Origin: Podarcis bocagei
Lineage: Eukaryota
NCBI GenBank assembly: GCA_964188305.1
Contig: OZ076901.1
DNA length: 64,000 bases
Strand: one strand, 5' to 3'
The notes under the pieces are model-generated. The model ran no database searches. It was given only the letters and a program-made list of their open reading frames with translations, and was not told the origin of the DNA. Shown one piece after another: positions 23,633 through 35,282 of this stretch (within the stretch, counting starts at the first letter, position 1; every line of letters begins with the position of its first letter). A program made the translations under genes and the position numbers.

Positions 23633-26600
23633 ACAGTCTCAAACCCTGACGGGCTCTAAAGGTAAGCACCAGTATGCAGAGCTGGGTCTAGAAACAGACC
23701 AGGCCATTCAGACTACGTATGTCCCTGAATACCAACTGCTGGCTGCCAGGGAATCACAAATCAATAAAGTGCTGTTGCACTCATCTTCTGCTTGTGGGCT
23801 TCTTAAAGGCATCTGGTAGGCCACTGTGAGAACAGGATGCTGGACTAGATAGGCCTTCAGTCTCATGAGGCAGAGCTCTTATTATAACTCTCGCCCAGTT
23901 AACAGACTGACAGCTGTTTGGTTTTTTAAAACTAACCAGAGTTTTGACCATGAGAAGTTGTCCTTGTATTTTTATTTTTATTCGTATAGGATCTCTAGAT
24001 AAAATATTTTTAATGGCAATTTGTTGTTTTATATCCTGCTGCTTCAGCATTTCCACTGTTAAAACAGCTAACATTGTTTTAATTCATTGTTATTCACTTC
24101 CCTGAGCTAAACTGAGGATAAGTGGATGTTTTAAATAAATTTGTTTAAAAAGAAATTAACAAGGGCCATGGCACAGTGTATGCAAAAGGTCCCAAGTTCA
24201 ATACCGAACATCCAGAACTCCATAAGGGGCTGGGAGAGACTCCTTGCCTGAACCCCTGGAGAGCCCCTGCAAGTCAGCGCAGACAATATTGAGCTGCATA
24301 GACCAGTTTCCTATTTGTCACATTCTATTGTATTTGTGGGCTTTTCTTGTACGGATGTGGTATTTGTGTAGGAATTGTGTGTTGTGTGAAGAGTCCCTGT
24401 CTATAAGGTGTATATCTCAGGCAAATGCACTGCTCTTCTAAAGGGTGGGCCTTCTTTATCTCCCTGCAGAGGTTAGCAGTACTTTCACCCATTATTGATG
24501 TTTATACATTTCCTCCTCAGGCTGAGCTGGGGGGAAGATAGATATAAATTAAAAATGTATATTGTGTTAAAAATGGAGGAAGGGCAATCTCCAACCCAAT
24601 GTTTTGCCTCCTGTTTCCTTTCCTTTTGTATCATTAACCTAGTAGGACCATCAGCTACACAACCTCCTCTTTGGGTTTGAGGCTAGGGCTCGAAATACTG
24701 TGCAGTCATTTTTGCACCCTACTGGGTATGCAAAAGAAGAGAGGCTTGTGAACGTTGCTTAATTGTAGCAGCTATAAAAATAAATATCATTATTCCTTGG
24801 GCTGAGGAAAGTAGTAAAGGAAGAGTGAGACAATGGCTAGGATAAGAAATGGTCCAATTTGTTTAGCAAGACTAATTCTTCTTTTTAGAGGTGCTCTACT
24901 TTTTCTTGGGGGAGGGGTGATATAAGATGCAAACTGCACCAGCTAATTGCAGTATACAGCGACAACTAGTGTACAAAATGAGCTGGTGCACACTTGCCCT
25001 AAAGGTTGGGAACAGATAAAATGTATTTGTGGGCATATCTACGCAGCAAAATTCAGTCCACTTAACCACCTGTTTCTCCTCAAAAAAATTTAATAAATTG
25101 TAGCCCTGACTAGGATCTCAGGTTCTTTATTTTCCATTGTTCTCTGAAGAAAGCAAATTTGAAATTTACAGTATATGCATTATGCAATAGGACAGCATCA
25201 TGAAGGGGAGTTATTCTGCACTGATTTGCAATAGAAGAGACTCTTGCCCCACATCTCTATTGCAATGAGTGCAGCAGTAATGTAGATGGAGTTTGTGGTG
25301 GGAGGAGTCTTCTCAGCTAAGGCATTGCAGAGCTGAAACACATGAAGTGGGAGAAGGAAGTAGAGCACCTGCTACCACCACCAACCTTCTGGAGTATGAC
25401 TTTGTGAATATCCTGTGATCTTGTTTTCTGAGGTTGCATGTTTAATTTTAGTTAATATAAATTAGATGCTTGTGGAGGTATCTGAACTTTCCTATGGTAC
25501 TCAGAAGCTGGATAGCTTAAGATGGTAACAGAATGGATTTTCCTCTTGCCCTTTCAGTCAGTACATATGGACACAGTGGGAGATTCAAACAAGCGTTTTT
25601 GTGATTATAGATCCAGAGGATGAGGTTTAATCTGGACCAAAAGGCTGTTTCAGAGAATGTTAGAACTGAAGTGAATGGCATGATTACTTGAAAAGAGGCT
25701 AGATGAATTTCAAGTGTCTATTTTCATACCCTAGGAAATTGGGCAGAGGCATGTGTATGAATGGAACTATGTCCACATGTGGTACCAAGGTGCTTTCAAC
25801 TTGTGGGAGGTGTTCATAGGGGGCATAAATCTGAATGCTAGAACTAAACTCTGGTGCGTGCCTGTCATATGCATTCCACATCAGCACTGAGTAACTGCAG
25901 CCACATTCACACATCCAACCATTATGTGGGACTAGAAGTTTCCATTTAAAAATGAAAGTGAATTTTGCTGTAAGGGGCCATGCTAAGAACGGGGGGGGGG
26001 GGGTGTCATTGTGTGTTGTTTCTGCAGCAGACCAAGTTTTGTGGCACCTTAAAGGCTAATATATTTATTATGACATGAACTTCCATCCTGTGTGACCATA
26101 TACATATGTGTAATCTACACATAGACAGAACTGTCAACTGTGGGCAACACTTGGTGATTCTGTTGAAGCAGAATGTTTATGCCTTTTTTCAGTTTTAACA
26201 TTTCATCTTTAGCTAGTTCATATTTGGAACTAAGGCATATGCCAACTACATATGCTAAAAATGTCTTAGTTCCATCGAAGCCTTTTCTATTTACCTGGTC
26301 TATATATTACCGTGACAGATAAATTTTATTTTACGCTGTTATTTTATATTGGTGGGTTTTAACACGTGCATTGAATGTTTTTTATTCTTTTGCACAGCGC
26401 ACTGGGATTTTTAACTATTGAAGCAGTCTGTAAGCAATTTAAATGTCTACTCAGAAGTAAGCTCTACTGAATCCCACAGAGCTCACTCCTAGGTAAGTAG
26501 AGCTAGGACTGCTGCCTAAAGAGATCCATAAAATGGGTGCCACAAAGCTTTTTGCTGCCCTTGTTCAAGAAACTAAATGCTTTTTTGTGGGTGGGTGGGT

Positions 26601-26689
26601 GGGGGTGTGAGGTTGAACCCTGGAGGCTCTTTCGACGGCCCTTGGCAGGCTGTGGTTACTCTGCACGTGCTCAAGAGCCTTCTGGTCTT

Positions 26690-27950
26690 GCAGGAGCTGT
26701 TGCTGCGTCGCGCCGTCTCTCTCACCGGGCTTGTTGTCGCTGCTCTTGGCGGCCGCCCCGGCGGCGGAGGCGGCTGCTGCTGCTGCCACGGCGGCGGCGG
26801 CCTGCCCCGCGGGGCTGTTGTGCTGCTGGTGGTGCTGGTGCTGCTGCGCCAGAAGGGCCTCCCCGCCGTGCAGGGAAGTGCTGAGGAGGCGCTGGAAGCG
26901 GTTGGGCGGGCGGCTGGTGACTTCCAGCCCGGCGGCCAGCTTGGCTTTGTTGGCGCTGGTCAGGCGCTTGAGGTGCACCAACAGGTCGGGCCGGTCGCGG
27001 CGGAAGTGCGGGCTGTGGAAATGGTGCAAAGGGCCTCCGGGGGCCGAGGACGACGACGAAGCCGGGGAAGAGGAGGAAGCCGAGGAGGCCGAAGAAGACG
27101 AGGCCGACCCTCCTCCGCCTCCCCCTCCGGGCGGGCCCAGCACCACTTTTCGGAAGCCGTACAGGTTGAGCTGGCGGATGAAGCTGGTGAAGTTGGTGGT
27201 CTTGAATAGCTCCGGGGAGGCGGGCGGCCCTGAGGGGACGCCCGACGACGAGGCCGAGGCGCCGCCTCCATCGCCGCCTGGGCCGCCTCCCCCAACGGCC
27301 GCCACCGCCGCGCCTCCCCCGGCTCCTCCTCCTCCTGCTCCTCCTCCCCCGGCGCCCAGGAGCTCCGCCTCGAACAAGGGCTGGTCAATGAGGAGCCCTT
27401 CGCCGCGGGCGTCCCAGCGGATGGAGCGGAAGCGCGGGCTGTTCACCAGCCGCCACAGCTTGGCGGGGAAGTTGTTGGGGTTGATGGGCGCCGCCGACAG
27501 CAGCGAGTCCTCCATGGCGCTTCTGAGGAGGAAGAAACGGGCGGCGAGGCCTCGCGCGCACCTCAGAGCGAGACACCCCTCCTTCTTTCCCCTTTCCTTT
27601 CACTCGTTTCCTGCCCCCATGGCCCCCGCCTCAGGACGGCCCAACGGACGGACGGACGGCGCGAGGGACCGGCGGCTTTTTTTTCCTCCCCCAACGGCCG
27701 CCGCCGTCAATCACCCGCGGGGCCGCCGCCGACGAGGCAGAGGCGGGCGGGAAAGGCACGCGCCGAGGCCGCTTTCGTTGTCTCCCGCCAAAACCGCACA
27801 ACCGACCCCCACAACAACGGCGATTGGGCAAACACATAAAAATCATAGACACAACAACAACAACAACAATAATAATCATTTGACAAAACAGTAAATAGTA
27901 ACGATAACGTATTGCACACGCGGCGGCACGTGCCTCGTTTGTTGCGAGGC
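26690..27950. promoter_or_regulatory. CpG island over HSF5 promoter and exon 1
   Basis: Very GC- and CpG-rich against CpG-depleted flanks; E2F, MYB, CCAAT and E-box motifs at 27640-27932. Confidence 0.9.
26726..27515 (-). CDS. HSF5: HSF5 exon 1 (HSF DNA-binding domain)
   Basis: INPNNFPAKLWRLVNSP...LFKTTNFTSFIRQLNLYGFRKV...HFHSPHFRRDRPDLLVHLKRLTSANKAKLAAGLEV; GCCATGG start; G|GTGAG donor; 790 nt, phase 1. Confidence 0.96.
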
Positions 27951-29756
27951 TATCTTTGGGATAGGTGACTTGATACCTGCGAAAATCTTATGGATTTTCT
28001 CATCCATTTCCTCCCCTCGCCCCCAAATCCGCATCTCGCAGTTCTTTGCTTCGTTTGCGTGCTATTTCTGCAAACTGAACAAGTGCATCTTTTAAAATAA
28101 TAATCACCTCAGTTTTCAGAGTTCCCTTTTACTCCCTCCCTGAGATCATGTGCAAATGTCATTAAAAAACAAAAACAATTAATATACACCTTGGCTACGT
28201 AAACACAAATGCGCATCATGGAAATAGTTAACATATAGCAAATTGGTATAGGTTGTAACAAATGAGCCTCTGTACAAAGGATGCTTTGCCCTCACCAAGA
28301 GCACAAGATTCTGCACTCTTGGAATCACCTCCTTCATAAACAGGCTAAAAATACATTACACACAGCACATGAATAAAATTCCTGTTGGCTCGCAACTTGA
28401 CATGGATACTACAATTTTTATTACCTTTATATCCCCTTTCCTCCAAGGAACTCAATGTGGTGTACGTAGCCTGAGTCCCATAACTTTTACAAATTAAAAA
28501 GGGTGCTCTGAGCCAGTGAATGGGTGGCTGGCTGGCTTTTCCTAGAGGATGTTACCATCAATGGTGAGAACAGGATGCTGGACTTGATGGGTCCCCTTTG
28601 GCCAAACACAGCAGCTGGGTTCCTATGTTCCTCATTCTCAAACTTGGTGATTTGAGGGAGAACTGCATGTGTTCAGGACACTTTCCCAACTTATGCAAAA
28701 AATGCATATACATAAACCATAGTGTTTGAACATTACCCACCCTTAACTGTAATTGCCACCTAAATCTGAAAATAATTAAATGTAATAAATGTAGCTCTGT
28801 GCATATACAGAGCTTTCCCCCTTGCCGCTAATAAACTAACAAACCCCGCCCCATGCTCTTAGAATTGTCACCCCAATTTATGTAAGTGCCAAAAATAAAC
28901 TAGGTGCTTTATATTGAATGAAATGCACAGGGCCCCGCAGGTGGCCTTAAAATCAGCAGGGTTGCCAAGTAGGTCTGAGCCCCCACCCTCACACTTAAAA
29001 AAAGGGGGATATTTTAAGATGGCTTTTCCAAAATATGCTTTAGTCATTTGTCAACTCAGGCTTGGTGGCATGGGGTAGGAAACCTCTCCTGTAAAAATGC
29101 TGCTGCAGCAATGGCCTTCGAGTGCTTTTGCATGTCTGGAATACACCCTTGAGCTGTGACTGCTTTGCTTGCTGGGGTGGAAGCGTGTGTCTGTGTGGAA
29201 ATTCTGACTTTTACATGGCTTCCCTTCTGTCCAAAGGGAAGAGTCATATCTGTTCCTCCAGCCACTTTTGCCTGTGGCATACATACAGGCCCTGGAAAGT
29301 TGCCCTGTGAGGGAATGCAGACCTTGGACCAGCTGGCTGGGGCTGATGGGAACAATTATCCAAAACATCTGAAGGGCACCAGGTTGCCAAAGGCCTTTGA
29401 ATGATTTTATCTAAATAGCTTTGTTTTGCCTGAAAAGCCATATAAAAACATTGCCTGCCATGTGTTGAATATTCAGCTTGAAATTTCTCAAGCCAGGGAC
29501 CTGTGATTTATTATTTTTCTGCAAAGTGCTGTGGAGTCCATAATGGCACTGATCCCAGCCTGCTCTTGACACAGTTAAATTAAGGGCCCTCTCCAAGTTG
29601 TTAACCACCAACCTTTTCTTTTGAAAAGCCATTTTTTCACCTAGGAGAAACAGAGCAGCCCCGGTTATATCCTCCTCTAGGAAAGGCTCCAGGAAGATCA
29701 TTCATTCACTCATGATTAAATAAAACGGTCCAACAAAGCAGCACTAATATAGAGAT

Positions 29757-29762
29757 TTTATT
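29757..29762 (-). terminator. Candidate MTMR4 polyadenylation signal
   Basis: AATAAA on minus strand about 2 kb after the stop, with upstream TGTA and downstream GT/T-rich sequence; others at 30604-30609 and 29507-29512. Confidence 0.55.
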
Positions 29763-31766
29763 CAACTGTATTGAATTTCTTACAGCACATTGCCTGTCAC
29801 AAAGCTATTGATCTGATTTTGGAGTTGTTTTTTGCCTGAAGACAGTGACACAAATTCATGAGAGCTGAAAGCAGTTTTGATTAACCACGACTTGGGAGGG
29901 TCTTATTCTACTTTTGTTTTCGGATTTTTGTTCAACATCTGTGCAAATGAGTTGGAACCAAACCTGAACTCTTCCTCCTATTTCCATCACTTCACATGGA
30001 CAAAGCTCAGAATATGGCAAAATCGGAGATCCCACCTTTTAGCAATATGAGGTGTGTGGTGTGTTTTTTTTGCTCCTTGAAAGAGGCCACAGGGCAACTC
30101 AAGGAGATCCAGTGTCAGAGGATGATGCTGGCTTTTAGGCTTATGACCCAAAAGCAAGCTGAAATGTGGAAGAAAGAATAAGGTAGACAGAACCACTAAC
30201 TTCACTGAAAGTTTTTTTTTATAAAAAAAATCAGCCAGGAATAGACAACTGGCAAGAATGCAATCTGAGTGTGGAGAGGGCAGTATTTTCGCATTCTTGA
30301 GACAAGATGTCTTGGCCCAGCCTATTGGTGGAGCATCTGAGAGCTCTTGGACCAGCTGGAAGAAACCCTCACAATCCTGTTCACTCTACAAACCCCCCTG
30401 CAGATGTACTACACTTCAGGAAAAAGTGATCATGAACATTGCGCTCATGAAAAGCTGTGGAAATGTTGGCCGCATCTCACTCCCCTTTTGTAAAGCATGT
30501 AAGTGCTCGTTTGGATGGAAGAGAAAGTATTAGGGAAAAGTAATTGATACAGTCACTGAAGTGAAGCATCTATAAATCAAGAGAGACATTTCCAACAAGG
30601 GGGTTTATTGATGTCAGAATGAGCTGGAGAGCAGTTTTGTGAAGGTGGTGATGATGATGATAGCCTTTTATATTACCCCTTGCAGCTTCTTGAGTGACAG
30701 GAACAGGAAGTCCCTGTCTGCAAGTGTTCGCCGCCTCCCATTTGTGAAATTGGCATTCTTCCCTCCCTCCCTCCCACCCCCACCCCCCACTTTTGTTCTC
30801 CAGACTACAGTTTTTAAGTGCAGAGAGAAATAACATTAGCAGCATTTTGGACTGAAACCCTCAAGCACACTATAAACAGCACATTCCAGGAGGTAAAGAA
30901 AACCTACACAGACTGCCCCCTCCAGGCACCAGGTTTTCAGGATAAAAGAGCAACCAGAAATAGACACAAGTGCAGCAATAAGGAGTGGAGGAGAATGACA
31001 CACTGTGGTGTAGATCGAGGGAGGCTCGAGGTGTCTCCTGCGAAGACGCCAGGCGGGAACTGGCTGCCCAAAACCCACAGAGGGCAGGAAGTGTATAGCA
31101 AGCCAAACTTAACTGCTTTCCACAAGCAACAGCCCAGCTGCCGGGGCAAAGAGTCTTACTCCCTGAAGGGACACAGGGAAGGGACAGAGAGAGAGATGCT
31201 CTGCTTAGTATGGAAGTCCCCGCCCCAGCTCCTGCTTTTTGTACTAGTGCTGGCCTTGAGCCACTCAGGGAAATGGTTGGCAAGCCGAACACAACTGAGA
31301 CGTGACAGACACAGCCAGAGTGAACTCCTGCAGATGTACAACTCTGAGGCTGCAGTCTTCTTCTTCCTTGCACAAGTCAACCTGCCTGCCTTTGTGAGGT
31401 GGGGGAGAAGAGGGTCTGGTTCTGATCATACCTTCCTATTGCTTTTGGGAACAAGGCAGTTGTAATCTGCACCACATCCCTTGCCAGCCCTCTGAAGTAA
31501 AGACACCGCAGTCTCCGATTTAGCCTCAGGTCTTCAGACCACAAACAGTACCATGAGGTGGGCCATATCACACTCTTTAATCCAATTTCCTCATCTCCAA
31601 TACATGGGGCACCAAGTGGGGAAAATCGCCAACAGTGCATACAAGGCTTGGTGATCAAGTGCTGCGCTACAGACCTCCTCAGCTGCAGCAGAGGCAGCCC
31701 CTCCCCTTTCCTTCCAGTCTGCAAGTTGAAAAGGCCAGGCCTTGACAAGTTTTCCTCTGCTGGCGT

Positions 31767-31944
31767 TCAGCTAGAAGCAGTGGCAATGGGCTTCTTCAGA
31801 TGCTGGCTCATAAGTTCCCTGGCACGGGATACCTGGATGTGATCGTAACAGGTGTTGCAGACGAGGACCGGGTCATAGAGCTGCTGATCAGGAATGGGCA
31901 GCTTCAGGTGGCAGCAGCTGGCACAAAACACATTCCCACAATTC
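31767..31944 (-). CDS. MTMR4: MTMR4 last coding exon (FYVE C-terminal half)
   Basis: NCGNVFCASCCHLKLPIPDQQLYDPVLVCNTCYDHIQ...KKPIATASS-TGA; 178 nt closes the frame. Confidence 0.96.
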
Positions 31945-32689
31945 CTGGGCAAGGAGTAAAAGAACACAAGGACAGCTGTCACCCTGGAGCCAAAGTGGTC
32001 TGGTATGGGGAGGATCTTGTCTAAAGAGAAGGGGCTTCTGTTATCTTGTTTGGCACAGTAATGGATCAGACAATGTCATCCAAGCAACCCCAGGTATTCT
32101 GCTGCACTGTGGTTCTTCAGTAGCCCCTGTGGCCTAAGGAACAGATTCTCCTGTGGGGGCACTGGGAATATATAGCATGAATTAACCAGAGCTTCTTACA
32201 TCTGCTATGCACTACTTTTTGGCTTATAAGTGGGAATGGAAGAGCAGTTGCTTGCCCATAGCTCAGCGGCAGAGGACATATTTGAATGCAGGAAGTGCCA
32301 GGTTCAGTCCTTGGCATCTCAGTGGGGCTGGGAAAGACCTTCAGCTTTATATGTTCACATAAAGCTGGGCTAAAGCACTGACAGCTGATTTAGCCCACAA
32401 CTCCTGCTCAGAAACCTTTCATCCCCACTCCCATTTTGTCCTCCAAGCTTTCCATTTCAGCTCTGCTCACAGTACTCAACTATCTCCTCACAGAATTCCA
32501 TCTTTGCCCTTTCCAACTTTTTTCCCTTCCTGTAAGGCCTCTCACTTCCTCATGTATGCCGACGTACCTGTACTTTCTATACATTGGGCCAAAAAAAATC
32601 CTAACTGGGGTTGCACCAGATGATCCTTTGGTCCCTTCCAACCCTACAATACTATGATTCTATATACACTGATGGGGTCTGAGCAAGTG

Positions 32690-33000
32690 GTGACTGACCA
32701 GGAAAACGATCTGGTGTTGTAGTAGATAGCTCAATGAAAACGTCGACCTAGTGTGTGGCAGCTGTGAAAAAGGTGAACGCCATGTTAGGGGTCGTTAGGA
32801 AAGGGGCTGAAAATAAAACTGCCAATACTGTAATGCTTTATGGAATTCTACAGTGCAGCCACACTTGGAACACTTGTGTACAATTCTGTTCGCCACGCCT
32901 AGAAAGGATATTTAAGGGCTGGAAAAGGTTCAGAAAAGGGAAACCAAATTGATCTAGTGGATGGAGCAACTCCACTTTGAGAAGAGGCTGCAACATTTGG
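32690..33000 (+). mobile_element. CR1 LINE ORF2 C-terminal fragment (degenerate)
   Basis: AAVKKVNAMLGVVRKG...LEKVQKR-type CR1 motifs with frameshifts. Confidence 0.85.
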
Positions 33001-33810
33001 TGCTAGGGGCTCAGCCACACAGCCGTGTGCCCCACCACTTTCCCCCAGGGAAACTTGTGGTTTATTGCTGAATCGGAACAAACATTTGTTCTGACTTAAA
33101 ACTAAAGGAGTGGGTTTTCCAGGGGGAAGCCATGAGGCAAAGGCAAAACCACTTGGACCCATGTCTAGAAAGCAGCAGACAAAACTGCTTGGAAAGAAGG
33201 ACAAAATGGTCTTATGAATGAACACATGCAAAACAGACACAGACATCCATCCACCCCTAGGTCTGAACAAGCAGGGCTCTCTTCTTATATACCTATTATT
33301 TTATCTTGGTTATTAATACTACAGTCTTGTTAAGGCACTGATTTAGTACTTTCAGGAAAAACAAAAAAACAGGACTTAGTGGATTTTAATCCCACAGAGT
33401 TTTAAGAATGGCTTTTCTAGGAATATTCATTATCCAATTTTTCATCCGCAGAATCCTAAATTTTCCTTGTAAAAGCATAACATCAGGCAAACTGTTTATA
33501 CAATTTTTAAGTATAAAGGATGTAATCTAAAAATACTGATGTAGTGAACATCTTTGTTAATTTCCTGAGAGCAAAACACCCTACACTCTTCCAAGCATTT
33601 AAGCAAATGGTTGGCAATTACACTGGCCAACCGTCCCATACTTGCCAGGAAAGAAACCATTCCTCCTGCTCTCCAGTGGGGAATCTGCTGCCCAATCCTT
33701 CTCAAAATTCTATTCACCATGAACATTTGAGATGTAGTTACTGAACTGAGGGGAAGAAAAATAAAACAGACAACTGACAAGGAAAAGTCATAGCAGTTGC
33801 TAAGCGTTAC

Positions 33811-33899
33811 CTGCAGTGGTGCCTGCGTTTGGCTAACCAGAACTCACAGTCACAGTTAAAGCAGTGTGAGGCCATGTGGTCTGGAACCCAGCGAGTGAC
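33811..33899 (-). CDS. MTMR4: MTMR4 coding exon 17 (FYVE)
   Basis: VTRWVPDHMASHCFNCDCEFWLAKRRHHCR with WxxD and RRHHCR motifs; 89 nt. Confidence 0.96.
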
Positions 33900-34509
33900 C
33901 TGCAGAGAAATCACAGTGTGTATCTGTTGGTTAGAAGGATATTCGTATACAGAGTCAGGGAGCAGCATTTACTTGGCACATTTGAAAACTTTGCTTGGAG
34001 TTCTGTGTTTCCAGCACTTCCAGTTTCAGAAAAGTGATTGACACACAGGAAACAATTCAGAAAGGGGCCACACTGACAGTTTAAGATGGGAAAAAGCAAA
34101 CGATAAAATGAATGTTTTCTCTAGAAATAGGAAGAATGCTGAGTTTTCAAGCATCAGAAAGGATGTCAGAGAGTAATTGCTCCTTGGAGTAGGCATTCCC
34201 CATCCTGGTGCCTCCACAAGTTTTGAACTAGCACTCCCAACAGCCCCAGTAAACACAGCCATTGGGCAAAGATAATAGGAGTTGCAGTCCAAAACATATG
34301 AAGGACATCCAGTTAGGAAGTCCAGAGTAGACAAATAAGGGGTACTTCTAGACATACAGTTCATTAAACCCTTAATACATCCAGATATAGTGAAATGCAA
34401 GAGAGTTTGTAACACCAGATCTAGAATGGGGCAATAGCAGACACACACAAAATAATGGAAATACTGAGCTTCCCATGTCATGCTAGCCAACTAAGGAGAT
34501 GCAACAAAC

Positions 34510-34620
34510 CTCAGTTTCCCTTTTATCAACAGGCTCCCAGCTTGCTTCAGATAGACAGTCTTCACTGTGGTCAGAGTAGAAGTCCTCATTTTCACTGCCA
34601 TCTGATTCCTTGAGGCAGGT
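34510..34620 (-). CDS. MTMR4: MTMR4 coding exon 16
   Basis: TCLKESDGSENEDFYSDHSEDCLSEASWEPVDKRETE; 111 nt. Confidence 0.94.
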
Positions 34621-35282
34621 CTGCAAGGAAGGCCACGACAGCCATTAGCTAATCTGTTACATACCACACACATTTCCACCTCCCCCTGAAACCTCAGTAT
34701 CCTCTAATAGTGAGTTGGGAATAATTACGCTCACAGGGGCATCGGAAGCTGCCTTGTATCAGGTCAAGCCAACTGTCCCATCTACCCCAGTATCTACTGT
34801 AACCAGTAGCACTTCTCCAGAGTCTTAGGCAGAGGGTCCTTCCCATAACAGCTGCCTGATCTTTTTATAACTGGAGTTTCCAGAAATGGAACCTAGGATG
34901 GGACTTCCACATGCAAATCATGAGCTCCCCCACTGAGCTACAGACCCTCTTCAACCAGAACAGTGGAGTGGGAGACTGGGGAATTCTGGAATGCCTCTGT
35001 TGGAAAATGGGAAGAGAGGGGGAGACAAGAGGAGACGCAAGCAAGGAACAAATGATTCTCAGAACTATGTGAATGGAATCTGGCAGCGTGTACGCCTTAT
35101 CTGCTCCACCAGAACCTCACAGCTTTGTAGCTATGTTCTGCTTGGAACCCACTAGGAGACAGAGATGCCTCTGAGGCAGGTGTGTTGTTGATGACCTTTC
35201 AACTCCTCCCATCTACAATTAAATGATTGCATGCCTTCCCCAGGGGCTGCTGAAGAAACCACACCCGCAAGCCGTCACTTAC

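Noticed and set aside
26537-27894. Long plus-strand ORFs (387, 210 and 115 aa) over HSF5 exon 1
   Set aside because: Antisense shadows of a GC-rich, triplet-repeat coding exon; low complexity, no recognisable domain
30818-31465. 215-aa plus ORF and overlapping minus ORFs
   Set aside because: Within the MTMR4 3'UTR; no homology or motif recognised
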